DNA of 64,000 nucleotides. Origin: an uncultured Verrucomicrobiae bacterium. Lineage in GTDB: Bacteria > Verrucomicrobiota > Verrucomicrobiia > Chthoniobacterales > JAFAMB01. The stretch covers positions 32,001 to 96,000 of the forward strand of contig CAVXLD010000005.1 in the NCBI GenBank assembly GCA_963762565.1, written 5' to 3'. The notes beneath the pieces are model-generated. The model was not told the origin of the DNA. It did no database searches and saw only the letters and a list, made by a program, of their open reading frames with translations. Position numbers and translations under genes: made by a program. Shown here piece after piece: positions 20,144 to 30,618 of the stretch (the first letter of the stretch is position 1; each line of letters starts with the position of its first letter).

Positions 20144-20299
20144 ATGAAAATTTACCGCATACCAACCGTTCTTGTTCTCGTCGGAATTTTTTTGGCAGGC
20201 TGTTGCGGGCAAAAAAACGTGACCCCGCCTCCGGCTCCTGATGGTAAGTCGGCTGCTGAGGGCCCTAATGGCAGCTACGTTAAGCCGAATCATCCCTGA
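20144..20299 (+). CDS. Small putative lipoprotein (51 aa)
   Basis: Not in ORF track. MKIYRIPTVLVLVGIFLAGCCGQKNVTPPPAPDGKSAAEGPNGSYVKPNHP; LAGC lipobox; TATAAT at 20120-20125. Confidence 0.7.
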   Translation: MKIYRIPTVLVLVGIFLAGCCGQKNVTPPPAPDGKSAAEGPNGSYVKPNHP

Positions 20300-20363
20300 G
20301 GTCGTTTTGAGGCACTTGGCGTAGAACCAGCAGACCTGCTTCCCAAGAGGCAAAGTAGATAAT

Positions 20364-23300
20364 TTACAGGCTGCCGATTGCGGCCTGTATCTCTTGCAAA
20401 TGGCGCTGATCAGTCGGTGATAGAGTGGTTTGCGTTTGCAATTTCAAGAGTATATCTCGGCCTCTCCCTAATAACGCTCGGGTCTCCTGGCTTGGTTCGA
20501 GGCCGGTTTTGGGCAGTGTGATGGCCGCGGAATAACAAGCTAAGGCGAGGTCGCTTGCCCAGTCGCCGTTGGTGGGATCTTTGCTGACAAGGTTTTCGCC
20601 TAACCCAATGCACTCGCGATAGCTGCTCAGCGCATCAGAGATTGTACCCTTGGCCCGGAGAAGATCCCCCACTTTTTGGCAAGTCTCTGCTAGATCGCTT
20701 TGAAATCCCAGAGTGGTTGAGTTCTTCTTGACTAGCTCCCTTTCGAGGCCCTGAGCAGTTCGATAATTGCTTAATGCCCCGTCTAAATCTTTTTTCGCGT
20801 AAAGCAAATCGCCGACAGTGATGTAACTCCAAGACAGGTCGTTTTGCCACTGGGCATTACTCTGGTCCCGATCTGCAAGCTTCTTTCTGATAGCGAGCGA
20901 TTCGAGGTCTTTGGCAAGCGCGCCCGAGAAGTCGCCCTGCGTACTGAGGATAGTACCCACTCTCTCAAGGCCGATCGATAAATTGCGTTGCCATTCTGAA
21001 TTGCTGGGATCCTGAGCAACCAGCGTACGATTTATCGAAAGCGCGACCTCATATTTTCCCATAGCGCCGTTTTTGTCGCCTTGTAATTCCAACACCTTAC
21101 CGAGGTCGTAGTACCCGGTGGATAAGTCGGCCTGCGCATTAGCGTTGCTCGGGTCTCTTTTTGCGAGCATCTGCTGAATTTCGAGGGCGCGCTGGCAGTT
21201 CTCGAATGCGTTCGTCAAATCGCCTCGCGAAATAAAAACGTCCGACACGTAACTGTAACTGCGAGCTAACAGACGTTGCCACGTCGCATTTGACGGGTCT
21301 TTTTCTGTAAGCTTCCGTCGAAGTTCGAGTGCGTCGCGGTGCATTTCCAGCGCGCCGGCGAGGTCCCCCTGTTGAGTCAGTCCTTTGCCCAGCCGTTCTT
21401 TGCTGACGGCGAGCTCCTGTTGCCACAGCGCATTCGTCGGTTCCGCGTCTGCCAGCTTCTGCTGAATGGCCAGACTGTCTTTGTAACTTTTGACGGCGTC
21501 TGCCAGGTTCGCTTGCTTAGAAAATACGTCACCAATTTTCAGAAGAACACGGGAGACATCATGGTCGCGCTCGATATTGTTCGGCTCTTTCATTTTCAAG
21601 CCTTCCCGGATGGCGAGACAATCCTGGTAGCTCTGCAAGGCGCTTGTCAGATCACCTCGACTGTCTAACACTTGACCAATGTTCTCCTCGATAACCGACA
21701 GATCATGCTGGAGATCAGCATTGTCTGATTCGCGAGTGACCAAGCCTTGCAGAATTTTGAGGGCCGCTTGATAGCGCTCCAATGCCCCTGAAGTATCTCC
21801 CTGGAGATACAAGACGTCACCCACGTTTCCGGTGGCCAACGCTCGATACCGCTGCCAATCATTATTGTTGAGGTCTTGTTGGGCGAGGCGCTCTTGGATG
21901 CTCAGCGACGCATTATAGCTCTTTAATGCGCCGGTAAGATCACCCCGGTCTTTCTGAATATCACCGGCGTTCGTAAGCGCGACACTCGATTGGCGGAGAA
22001 CGTCTGGGTTATTCGTGTCACTTCCAAGTGAGGCGTAGTAACCAAGCACACGCTGATTGACGTCGTCCAACAAATCTAACCGTCCAATCGGTTTCAGTTT
22101 GTCCCGAAGATCGGTCGTCATGTAGTTGATCAACTTACCGGCATCATTTCGGGCCAGAGTCGCTTGACGAGATTGTCTAAAGGCCAGACCAGCCAGGACC
22201 AACGCTAATACCAAAGCGGCACTGATGACGCCGATTACCACCCGGGTGGCACGTCTTTTTCGGATCAGCTCCGCATGAGCCCGCGCAGTCGAGGCTTCCA
22301 CGAAATCGCGTTCGGTGGAATCCAGGAAACCTTCAGCCAAAGTCTGGCGCGCTTTTTCGAGCGGCAAACCAGTTCGATACAAGTAGTCTGGATTCTTGTC
22401 GCTTTCCAGCCAGCGCTTGGCGTCTGCGGCTACCTGCGCGCGGTTCAAAAGTGATTCTCGATTCTCCTGTAACCAGCGGAAGAGTCGTTCCCAATGAGTC
22501 AGTAATGCCTCGTGGGTAACACTCACTACCACCCGCCCAGCGTCCGTCCGATCGACAACGAATAGCCGAGCATCCCGGTGTAAAAATGCACTAACAAAAG
22601 CTTTGTCACCCGCCGGTCTGGTCAGTTCGTCGTACTCTGCCCAGCGGCGATTGAACGCGACCGCTTCTTCGGTAACCACAGTGGTTACCCGGCGCATCAC
22701 ATGATCGAATTGGGCTTGAGCTTCCGGACCCAACGATAGGAATAGATCTTCTGCCCGGCGGGCCAAAGATCCTTCAACCCCTCCCATCGCTTCATAGTCC
22801 TGGTGGGTTAGTAATCCGTCATTACGGCGTTCTTGGGCTCGGTAGAGTTCTTCCAAACAGAATTGCAGTAAAGGAAGCGCTTCCGGGCTCCCGGTAGCGG
22901 CATCGCGCAACCGATCGTCCAGCGATTCCTTGGTTTCCGGGTGTACTTCAAATCGTAAACCCGCGGCGGCAGCGGGTTGTCTGATTATCTGACCCAATTC
23001 GGCGATGCTTGGCGGGAGCAAATGATACAATCCGTCCCCCTGGCTGAGATCTGCTAGCAGCGGCAACTCGGCACATCGGCCAAAGAAATCGCTCCGCAGG
23101 GTAGCGATCACATAAGCTTTCCCGCTTTTAGCTACTGCTGCCAACGCGGTGATGAACCCACGGCGTTGATTTTCGCCAATTCGCTCCAAGGTAAACAGCT
23201 CTTCAAGCTGATCGATGAACAAGACTAATCGAGCGGTCTTCGGTGCTAACGTCGGGGTAGGCGCTGCGACAGAAGAAGGATTAGTTTGGTCGGCGCGTTT

Positions 23301-24446
23301 GGCCCCGGCTGCGGCCTGATCCAAAGCGGTTACCAGCCCGAACTCGATCCCGGCCGGATTCCGTCTTAAAAGATCTGCAATCGATTCGACCGAAATGTCG
23401 CCGCTGACCAACTCTGGTAATGCTTCTGGGCGGCACAACGCCCGAGCTAAACCATCAAAGAGGTCGCCAGCCGCTTCACTGGGCCGCATCACCGCTCGTC
23501 GCCAGACAGCGATCCCATTTCCAGGCTCTACCAGGAGTGGCAGTACCCCCGCCCGGATCAGCGACGATTTGCCGACTCCGCTCATGGCGGAAACCAACAA
23601 AAAGGCCGCAGGTTCGATCTCGGCGCCCGGAGAGCGCGAAGCTCTGGCGTCTTCCACTTCCGCCATTCGTTTCCGGAGCCGATTGACGACGTCGCCGATC
23701 GCTTTGGTACGTCCGAAAAAAATCGGTGCGTGTTCGAAATCGAATGCCTCTAAGCCTCGAAACGGGCTTCTTCGTCCCCAGACTAACGATTGATCGCGGT
23801 TTTCGCTGCGTTCTACTCGTGCCTTAGGCAGTTTTTCATCAAAAAGCCGGTCAAGATGCCGTTCGATCAGCTCTTCGAACTGGCCAAGCTCGGCGTAAGT
23901 CATGTATGCGCCCTTGTTTTCCCCGGTCTCCGGATCGCGGCAGTATTCCGCGATGAATTCTTTTACTAGTCTAAGTTGTTGGATCGACCGCTCGAACTCG
24001 GTATCCGGGAATTGGCGGATCTGGGCTGGTGCCGTATTAAGATAGATCATTAGGTTCGGCCGCCCATTGGCCAGCCAGGCCGCTCGCGACGTGAGAACCT
24101 CATATTCAGTTCCGGACCGATACCGCTTGCCGTCTGGCGCTATCATAGGAGTACCCAGCCGGGACCAGAGTATACAGATAACGATGTCGAATCCGGCACA
24201 ATCAGGGATCTGCGCTTGGAAGGTCCCAGAGTTGCTCATCGGCTCGTACTCCCAAAAGTAGGGTTCGATCGTACCCCGGCTGGCGAACTTGGCCTGGAAC
24301 CGATTGATAACGCGTTCGGTTAGCTTCCGCTCGAGATCCACGTCCCCGGGAGACGAAATGAACACCCGGATGACGGGGCGTTCAGGGCTGGCGGCAGGAG
24401 GCGCGGTTCCATCTTCAGACGGTCCCGGCTGTAAAGCAGAACTCAT
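20364..24446 (-). CDS. DUF4062-like-STAND NTPase-TM-TPR protein
   Basis: IRVFISSPGDV...WSRLGTP...SGTEYE; SPFRGLEAF...FFGR; Walker A AMSGVGKSS; LFIDQLEELF; TM VVIGVISAALVLALVLAGLA; approx. 48-aa TPR-like repeats. Confidence 0.88.
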   Translation of the reverse strand: MSSALQPGPSEDGTAPPAASPERPVIRVFISSPGDVDLERKLTERVINRFQAKFASRGTIEPYFWEYEPMSNSGTFQAQIPDCAGFDIVICILWSRLGTPMIAPDGKRYRSGTEYEVLTSRAAWLANGRPNLMIYLNTAPAQIRQFPDTEFERSIQQLRLVKEFIAEYCRDPETGENKGAYMTYAELGQFEELIERHLDRLFDEKLPKARVERSENRDQSLVWGRRSPFRGLEAFDFEHAPIFFGRTKAIGDVVNRLRKRMAEVEDARASRSPGAEIEPAAFLLVSAMSGVGKSSLIRAGVLPLLVEPGNGIAVWRRAVMRPSEAAGDLFDGLARALCRPEALPELVSGDISVESIADLLRRNPAGIEFGLVTALDQAAAGAKRADQTNPSSVAAPTPTLAPKTARLVLFIDQLEELFTLERIGENQRRGFITALAAVAKSGKAYVIATLRSDFFGRCAELPLLADLSQGDGLYHLLPPSIAELGQIIRQPAAAAGLRFEVHPETKESLDDRLRDAATGSPEALPLLQFCLEELYRAQERRNDGLLTHQDYEAMGGVEGSLARRAEDLFLSLGPEAQAQFDHVMRRVTTVVTEEAVAFNRRWAEYDELTRPAGDKAFVSAFLHRDARLFVVDRTDAGRVVVSVTHEALLTHWERLFRWLQENRESLLNRAQVAADAKRWLESDKNPDYLYRTGLPLEKARQTLAEGFLDSTERDFVEASTARAHAELIRKRRATRVVIGVISAALVLALVLAGLAFRQSRQATLARNDAGKLINYMTTDLRDKLKPIGRLDLLDDVNQRVLGYYASLGSDTNNPDVLRQSSVALTNAGDIQKDRGDLTGALKSYNASLSIQERLAQQDLNNNDWQRYRALATGNVGDVLYLQGDTSGALERYQAALKILQGLVTRESDNADLQHDLSVIEENIGQVLDSRGDLTSALQSYQDCLAIREGLKMKEPNNIERDHDVSRVLLKIGDVFSKQANLADAVKSYKDSLAIQQKLADAEPTNALWQQELAVSKERLGKGLTQQGDLAGALEMHRDALELRRKLTEKDPSNATWQRLLARSYSYVSDVFISRGDLTNAFENCQRALEIQQMLAKRDPSNANAQADLSTGYYDLGKVLELQGDKNGAMGKYEVALSINRTLVAQDPSNSEWQRNLSIGLERVGTILSTQGDFSGALAKDLESLAIRKKLADRDQSNAQWQNDLSWSYITVGDLLYAKKDLDGALSNYRTAQGLERELVKKNSTTLGFQSDLAETCQKVGDLLRAKGTISDALSSYRECIGLGENLVSKDPTNGDWASDLALACYSAAITLPKTGLEPSQETRALLGRGRDILLKLQTQTTLSPTDQRHLQEIQAAIGSL

Positions 24447-24854
24447 CGCGTTAAGCTAGATGACTCAAGTCTTACCAAATGCTGGTGATTTGTCGACTTA
24501 TCGTGTGACGGAGGATCGCTTCGCGTGTCTTCATTAGCGTCCTTGCGCCGCGCGCGCATCGCTACGCGAAGCGTTGCGGGCTTTGGGCCTAGCCGTGAGA
24601 TTTGACCGATAAACAAGCTCGTGTGTTGCGACATGGCGATAGACAGGCGGACGCGTGCGTTTCGTTGGCCGAACGAGAATCTTTAGTCCGGCGACCGCCA
24701 AGTACATGTCGTCGATATGATACCTGCGGACTGCCCGCTGAAAACATCAATAAGATCACTGCTCTCCTCCTCTTTTCCTGAAACCTGGGTCTCGCAATTC
24801 CTAAGTATCCACTCGAGGCAGGTTTAAACAACCGGCCCAACAAATAAAAATAAA

Positions 24855-25211
24855 ATGCAAAAATCAGTTAGAACTCTACTAGCAGTCGGCGCTAGTGCCG
24901 TGATTGGGCTGCAGGTTGCTCACGGTGAATGCGTCCGGGTGAACTTCCAAAATTGGAGTGGCAGAACCATCCAGCATCTCTACATGTCGCCATCTGCGGT
25001 TCGCGGATGGGGCGGCGATGTCCTAGGCGATTATGTGCTTGGCGCGGGGCGTTACGCGATCATCGCACGTTGCTTCGATTCAGACGATGACGACTACGAT
25101 TTCAAAGCCGTTTACAGTGATGGCACCGTCGACGAATGGCGTCAGGGAGTGCCCATTTCTGGAACCGCGACTGTTTGGGTCGATGACAACTCCTTTCTTC
25201 ACTCGCGCTAG
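24855..25211 (+). CDS. Secreted hypothetical protein
   Basis: Signal peptide; NWSGRTIQHLYMSPS...WGGDVLG...YDFKAVYSDG small beta domain. Confidence 0.75.
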   Translation: MQKSVRTLLAVGASAVIGLQVAHGECVRVNFQNWSGRTIQHLYMSPSAVRGWGGDVLGDYVLGAGRYAIIARCFDSDDDDYDFKAVYSDGTVDEWRQGVPISGTATVWVDDNSFLHSR

Positions 25212-25286
25212 TCCTATCAAACGACTAACCCTGTTTTTCCTGAGTAAGAACTATAACAGCTAACTAATTTCAGAGAAGAACTATCT

Positions 25287-25559
25287 ATGCGTAAACTATT
25301 CCTCTCCACGCTGTTCCTAATCGTGGCACCCATTCAAATCCTCCATGCCGGCACGGTCGACTATGGTCTTACTGACTACGGAGTCGCCGACAGACAGCTG
25401 TATCACGTTTATTGGCGTCTATACAACCGTTTGTCGCCAGCGGACCGAGCGCTGCTGAAGGCAAATGAGATGCGCTGGATCGATTGGAAGGACACCCTCC
25501 CGTTGAACGAACGGATCCAGGCGACTTGCGAGCGAATCGCGCTGCTGGAGCAATTCTAG
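25287..25559 (+). CDS. Secreted protein, LprI/DUF1311-like
   Basis: Signal peptide; ADRQLYHVYWRL...LKANEMRWIDWKD...ERIALL pattern. Confidence 0.55.
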   Translation: MRKLFLSTLFLIVAPIQILHAGTVDYGLTDYGVADRQLYHVYWRLYNRLSPADRALLKANEMRWIDWKDTLPLNERIQATCERIALLEQF

Positions 25560-25628
25560 CGGTTTAAAAATTAGGCGGGTCTACTTCGTTGTGAAAAGAA
25601 CGGGGCGGACCCGAGACCGAAAATCAAT

Positions 25629-25928
25629 ATGGAAACGTATCAAATCGAACTTTCCGCGGCCGAAGTTCTCGTCATCGCGCAAATAACTGGCACCCTCGTC
25701 GATTACGCGGTACCCGATCGATATTGGGAGCGGGAAGTGGTTTTGAGCATATTTAACAAGGCGAATGATGCGCTGGTGAAGATTTTAACTGCTGCTAACA
25801 GAACTGCCGGTGCACACGATGTGCGGCAAGCTTCGACTTTCGCCACAAAAATGCATGCTATCGGATTTCTGCCAATCGGAGCTGGGGACCAAGGCGATGC
25901 GGGCCACGAAGTCGGTACTGGCCTGTAG
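25629..25928 (+). CDS. Hypothetical protein
   Basis: 99-aa ATG ORF after a hairpin. Confidence 0.45.
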   Translation: METYQIELSAAEVLVIAQITGTLVDYAVPDRYWEREVVLSIFNKANDALVKILTAANRTAGAHDVRQASTFATKMHAIGFLPIGAGDQGDAGHEVGTGL

Positions 25929-26052
25929 ACGATCGCCACGAGTCAGACAACCCGCTTGTTCTCGTACCGCGCTTCCGCCTCGGTCCCGCGACTGCGGGAC
26001 TTCGGCGGAACGTCTGGGACGAAACAGTATCTTTGAGAACGGATTCTAAAGA

Positions 26053-26265
26053 CTAGCGATTGGTTATGGCATCTCGGACTTGGTGAGCCCGATAATCGAC
26101 CGTTCGACCGGCTGTTCTTACCACGTTGCCAGCAGTGTAAGCGGCATTGGCGACGTGTCTCGCTGCCCAGTGTAACGGTCCTTCAGAAATTGGTCCTGCG
26201 TTCGCCCCTGAAATGAGGTAGGGCGACAACAGCGCAACCGCTAGTATCGCACACATCTTCTTCAT
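26053..26265 (-). CDS. Small secreted hypothetical protein
   Basis: MKKMCAILAVALLSPYLISGANA signal peptide within the 108-aa ORF. Confidence 0.6.
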   Translation of the reverse strand: MKKMCAILAVALLSPYLISGANAGPISEGPLHWAARHVANAAYTAGNVVRTAGRTVDYRAHQVRDAITNR

Positions 26266-26635
26266 ACTATTTTTGACGGGTTGAGACCGGGTTTTGTTCA
26301 AGGTTTTTCTGGAGGAACCGGAGACAGGAATAGCCTCAAAAAACGCAAAAAAACCGCGAATGGACACGAATCGGGACACGAATGGACGCGAAGATGAAAA
26401 AGAACAAACCTCAACCGCAGCCCCGAAATACTTCGGGGTAAATGCTTCGCACCTTAAGACTCCGCGTCGCCGTTTCGTTCGTAAGCCGACGCGCCTTTTA
26501 TCTGCGTAAATCTGCGTTCATTTCACCCCGGAGAATTTCGGGGCTGCGGTTAAGTTTTTTGAGCCTTTTGCGCCTTTTTCGCGGCTATTCAGTTTCGATG
26601 CTTTGCGTCTTGGCGGCTTTGCGTGAGATTCCGTT

Positions 26636-27913
26636 GTGGATAACCACTTCGCTGAACGCCGGAATCGTGTCGCTACTGCGCTTGGGTTAAAAAACGAGTT
26701 GCTCTTGATCGGTGCCGGTCAGCCGATTGCGCTGCCGGAAAACACCGACCAGACCTATCCTTTTCGTGCGCACACGGAATATTTTTATCTGACCGGGAAC
26801 GATTCGCCTGGCGGCGTTCTGGCTTTCGATCCTAAAGATGGCGCGGCCGGCTGGGTATCCTTTGTCCCTGAAGTCACCGACGCTGAAAGAACTTGGGAAG
26901 GACGGCTACAGCCCGAGGGCACGCCGATCGCCGTGTTGGAACCTTGGTTGACCAATCGTCGTGGACGGCCGCTCGTACTATTAGGTGAACCCATTCGAGG
27001 GGTTGCGGCCGATCCGTCGTTGATCGGTTCAGCACGCGAAAAATTTCGGCATGCGCGCCGGGCAAAAGATGCGGTCGAGATGGATGCCTTACATCGAGCG
27101 GTGCGAGCAACCGCGGCCGGTTTTTCGGGGCTTTGCCAAGCGCTTCGTCCCGGTGTCACCGAACGCCAACTTCAAATCGAGCTTGAAGCCGGCTTTTTCC
27201 GAGCGGGTGCGAATCGAACCGGATACGAAAGCATTGTTGGTGTGGGATCCAACTCGGCGGTCCTGCATTTCCCTCCTTCAAGCCGGGCTGCGGCGGCCGG
27301 CGATTTGCTTTTGGTCGATGCCGGCGCGGAAGTGGATCGTTATGTGATCGATGTCACTCGCACCTATATTGTCGGAGGTAACTATAGCCCGTTTCAGCGT
27401 GATCTATACCAAATCGTTCTGGCAGCCGAAGAGGCTGGTATAGCTGGTTGTACGGTTGGGACCGAGTGGAAGGAATTACATCTCCGGATCGCCAGGCAAA
27501 TAACCGAAGGACTGGTTCAGGTTGGTTTGCTCCGAGGATCGGCCGACAGCCTGGTTGAGCGCGGCGCTCATCAGCTCTTCTTTCCACATGGCCTGGGGCA
27601 TCTGGTTGGCCTCGGCGTGCGCGACGCCAGCGGTCTGTTACCGGGCAGACAGAAAGATCAAAACCCGATGTTTGCGACTCTCCGGATGGATCTACCGTTA
27701 GGAGAAAACTATGTCGCCACGGTTGAGCCCGGAATCTATTTTATCCCGGTTATCCTCAACCATCCTACGAATCGCGAACGGTATCACGACTGCGTCAATT
27801 GGGAGTTAGCCGAACGCCACCTGAACCTCGGCGGTATCCGGATCGAGGATAACGTGCTGGTTACCGCGAATGGACCAGTCGTACTTACCAGCGATATTCC
27901 AAAGACGTGGTAG
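26636..27913 (+). CDS. pepP: Xaa-Pro aminopeptidase (M24B)
   Basis: AVLHF, LLVDAGAE...DVTRT, PHGLGHLVGL, TVEPGIY, GGIRIEDNV. Confidence 0.9.
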   Translation: MDNHFAERRNRVATALGLKNELLLIGAGQPIALPENTDQTYPFRAHTEYFYLTGNDSPGGVLAFDPKDGAAGWVSFVPEVTDAERTWEGRLQPEGTPIAVLEPWLTNRRGRPLVLLGEPIRGVAADPSLIGSAREKFRHARRAKDAVEMDALHRAVRATAAGFSGLCQALRPGVTERQLQIELEAGFFRAGANRTGYESIVGVGSNSAVLHFPPSSRAAAAGDLLLVDAGAEVDRYVIDVTRTYIVGGNYSPFQRDLYQIVLAAEEAGIAGCTVGTEWKELHLRIARQITEGLVQVGLLRGSADSLVERGAHQLFFPHGLGHLVGLGVRDASGLLPGRQKDQNPMFATLRMDLPLGENYVATVEPGIYFIPVILNHPTNRERYHDCVNWELAERHLNLGGIRIEDNVLVTANGPVVLTSDIPKTW

Positions 27914-28033
27914 AGTGGTGGCCAGTTGTGGGAGTGGCGCGAAGAGTAATCAGTAATCAGTGTGTCAGTAATCAGTACTGATGTCCCTCAGGCGGTTTTA
28001 CCGACTCCAGAAAATCGAAGAGAGAAGCAGACT

Positions 28034-30109
28034 ATGAAAGGCTTAGGTAATGTAGTGGACCGGTATTCGCCGGTCCGTTTTGCTCTAGCCGCTGGAACAC
28101 CGCGGCCGTTAGCGTCGGCGCTATTGGGTATTGTGATCTATCTGGTAGTTCCTACCCGGGAAGCAGCGGCGGCATCGCGAGCGATCGTTGATCTCTCGCC
28201 GATGGTTGCCAAATCAATATTGGTCTCGCCCACGGACCTGTCCAAGGAGATCAGCGTGATCTTCGTGTTGCCGCTAAAAGATGGAAAAAGGGCGACAGAG
28301 TTCGCTGAACGTGTTTCTAGCCCCGGCGACGAATTGTACGGGAAATTCCTAACTCCGGACCAATTCGCAGCCGCCTATGGCGCTGATCAAGCCGACTATA
28401 CCGCGATAAAGAATTGGGCCGTTGGTAGCGGGCTTACCATCTCGGAAGACTCGATCAGCCGGACGACGTTAACCGTGACTGGCACGGTTGGACAATTTGA
28501 GTCGCTCTTTAACGCCCAAATCAATAACTATCGGTCGCCGGATGGGGAGGGGTTCTATTCTGTTGGGATTGAGCCGGTAATTCCCGGCAGTATCTCGGAC
28601 AAACTAATCGGCCTGATTGGACTCTCCAGTAGTACGAGGTACGCGCCCCTGATCAAAGTCTACAAGAAACTTAGCGAAACATCGGTTGGCAAAGAAGAAA
28701 CCAATACCCCCGGAGGCAGTGGACCTGGAGGCGCCTATAACGCTGCCGACTTGCACACGGCTTATTTCATTCCCACATCCTTCGGTGGCACCGTTCCGCA
28801 GACAGTGGCCGTATTTGAACAGGGTGGGTTCGCGAAGTCTGACGTCACCAAATACCTGGAAACTAACCATCTACCGCCCGTCCCTGCCGTCTTAAGGGGC
28901 GTAAACGGTTATCGCGGCGGGATTAATGATCCAAACGTGGAGCTCGAAGCCGTGCTGGATATCGACATGGTGATCGGGATGAATCCGGCCGTCCAAAAAG
29001 TGTTGGTGTATGAAGACGGCAAAGATCCGTTCGCGGTTGCGCTGCTCGACGCGTTGAAGGACGTGGCCGACGACAATCTCGTTCAGACCCTGAGCATCTC
29101 TTATGGCACTGATGAGGTGATTCAAGGTAAAAGGCAGGTCGAAGCAGAAGGCCAGGTATTCGTTCAATTGGCGGCGGAAGGGATCACCGTTTTGGTCAGC
29201 GCAGGAGACGACGGCGCTTACGGGCGTAGCGCCCAGGGACTAAACGCGAGTGATCCTGGCGCTCAACCGCTAGTGACTTCGGTCGGCGGAACCACTCTCT
29301 ATACTGCGCCGCACGCCGTGTACCAGGGTGAAGAGGTCTGGAATTTGTTAGGAATCGGCGACGGCGCGACCGGCGGCGGCGTTAGTAAGTATTGGCTCCT
29401 TCCTTCTTGGCAACCTGCCAAAGTCATGACCAAAAACGGGGGATCAGCGACGCACCGTAACTTCCCGGATGTGGCCGCTGTTGCCGACCCGCTAACTGGA
29501 GTCGCTGTTTACTCATCCCTTTTCGGTGGTTGGCAAGAGATTGGCGGAACCAGCGTCTCTGCGCCGCTCTGGGCAGGATTTTTGAGCTCGCTGAACTCGA
29601 GTCGCGAGACCGTTGGTCTAGGGAAGATCGGTTTTTTCAATCCTTTCTTCTACAAAATCGCGCGGGTGAATCAGGCCAATATGCTTAACGATATTCTCGA
29701 CGGGACTAACGGGAACGCAGAGCTGAACCATATTCCTGGCTATAACGCCGGCCCTGGCTACGACGATTGCTCAGGCTGGGGGACAATGATCGGTGAGGAG
29801 TTCGCTTCGGTTTATCTTACCTCACCCATTAAATCCGGAAAGCTTCCAGGTAACTTCGGTGGTGTAACTGGAACCGCGCAAGGTACTTCCGCCAAGCTGT
29901 CTTGGGCTCAGTCGAGTAGTGCAACCGGTTATCTAGTTGAGCTGTTACAAGGAGGATACCCCATCCCGTTCGACTATGTCTCGAAGGGCATCAACATTGA
30001 CCTCACCGGTCTTGCACCTGATACCACCTACGAGGTGCTGGTGTATGCATTGAACCTTAGCGGGTCCACGCAAAGCTCGAATACGATTAATCTTACAACC
30101 GGCGACTGA
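28034..30109 (+). CDS. S53 sedolisin-family serine protease with prodomain and C-terminal FN3-like domain
   Basis: ELEAVLDID, VSAGDDGA, FPDVAAVAD, GGTSVSAPLWAG, GYDDCSGWG; LTGLAPDTTYEVLVYALN. Confidence 0.9.
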   Translation: MKGLGNVVDRYSPVRFALAAGTPRPLASALLGIVIYLVVPTREAAAASRAIVDLSPMVAKSILVSPTDLSKEISVIFVLPLKDGKRATEFAERVSSPGDELYGKFLTPDQFAAAYGADQADYTAIKNWAVGSGLTISEDSISRTTLTVTGTVGQFESLFNAQINNYRSPDGEGFYSVGIEPVIPGSISDKLIGLIGLSSSTRYAPLIKVYKKLSETSVGKEETNTPGGSGPGGAYNAADLHTAYFIPTSFGGTVPQTVAVFEQGGFAKSDVTKYLETNHLPPVPAVLRGVNGYRGGINDPNVELEAVLDIDMVIGMNPAVQKVLVYEDGKDPFAVALLDALKDVADDNLVQTLSISYGTDEVIQGKRQVEAEGQVFVQLAAEGITVLVSAGDDGAYGRSAQGLNASDPGAQPLVTSVGGTTLYTAPHAVYQGEEVWNLLGIGDGATGGGVSKYWLLPSWQPAKVMTKNGGSATHRNFPDVAAVADPLTGVAVYSSLFGGWQEIGGTSVSAPLWAGFLSSLNSSRETVGLGKIGFFNPFFYKIARVNQANMLNDILDGTNGNAELNHIPGYNAGPGYDDCSGWGTMIGEEFASVYLTSPIKSGKLPGNFGGVTGTAQGTSAKLSWAQSSSATGYLVELLQGGYPIPFDYVSKGINIDLTGLAPDTTYEVLVYALNLSGSTQSSNTINLTTGD

Positions 30110-30206
30110 GTAGTTTTAGGCAAGCGCTCCGCTCGTCCTCGGAGTGCTCGCCATCACCCAGGACGCGCCTTCCACCATTCACCTTTCGCGTCCCTCCGCC
30201 CTTCGA

Positions 30207-30520
30207 TCTCAACGGTTTCGTGAAACTTGCTGTAATCGACGGTATACCGTCCGATGGCATCTTCCGCATCGATCTCCACGAACCGGTGGTTCCAAGCGAT
30301 ATGTTCGTGGATATACTCCGTCTGGGTTTGCACCGAAGCTTGAATCACCGGATCGATGCAAACAATCGATGCCAGCATGCGCCTCTCGGTCAGCTTCAAG
30401 TGTTCGGCGGTTAGACCAAATAACGGACTGATCTGATCGATTACATGCCGGACCGTTAGTGCTTTTTTCTCGTATTGACTTTGACAAGCTCGCGATGCCC
30501 AGATCGGACCGTGATTGGGG
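30207..30520 (-). pseudogene. Kir channel remnant with large internal deletion
   Basis: 30207-30460 aligns to about 19085-19335; 30475-30520 aligns to about 19883-19930; TM and pore region missing. Confidence 0.85.
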
Positions 30521-30618
30521 TCCGGGCAAAGGCATCGATGCGAAAATATGCCTTTGATGGCCGCTCTAGGACGACTAGAGCGGCCGTGGGTAGGGTTAGC
30601 AGCCGTTACGAATGCAGG

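Noticed and set aside
24850..26300. Integron cassette array
   Set aside because: No recognisable attC repeats between genes and no integrase in the window.
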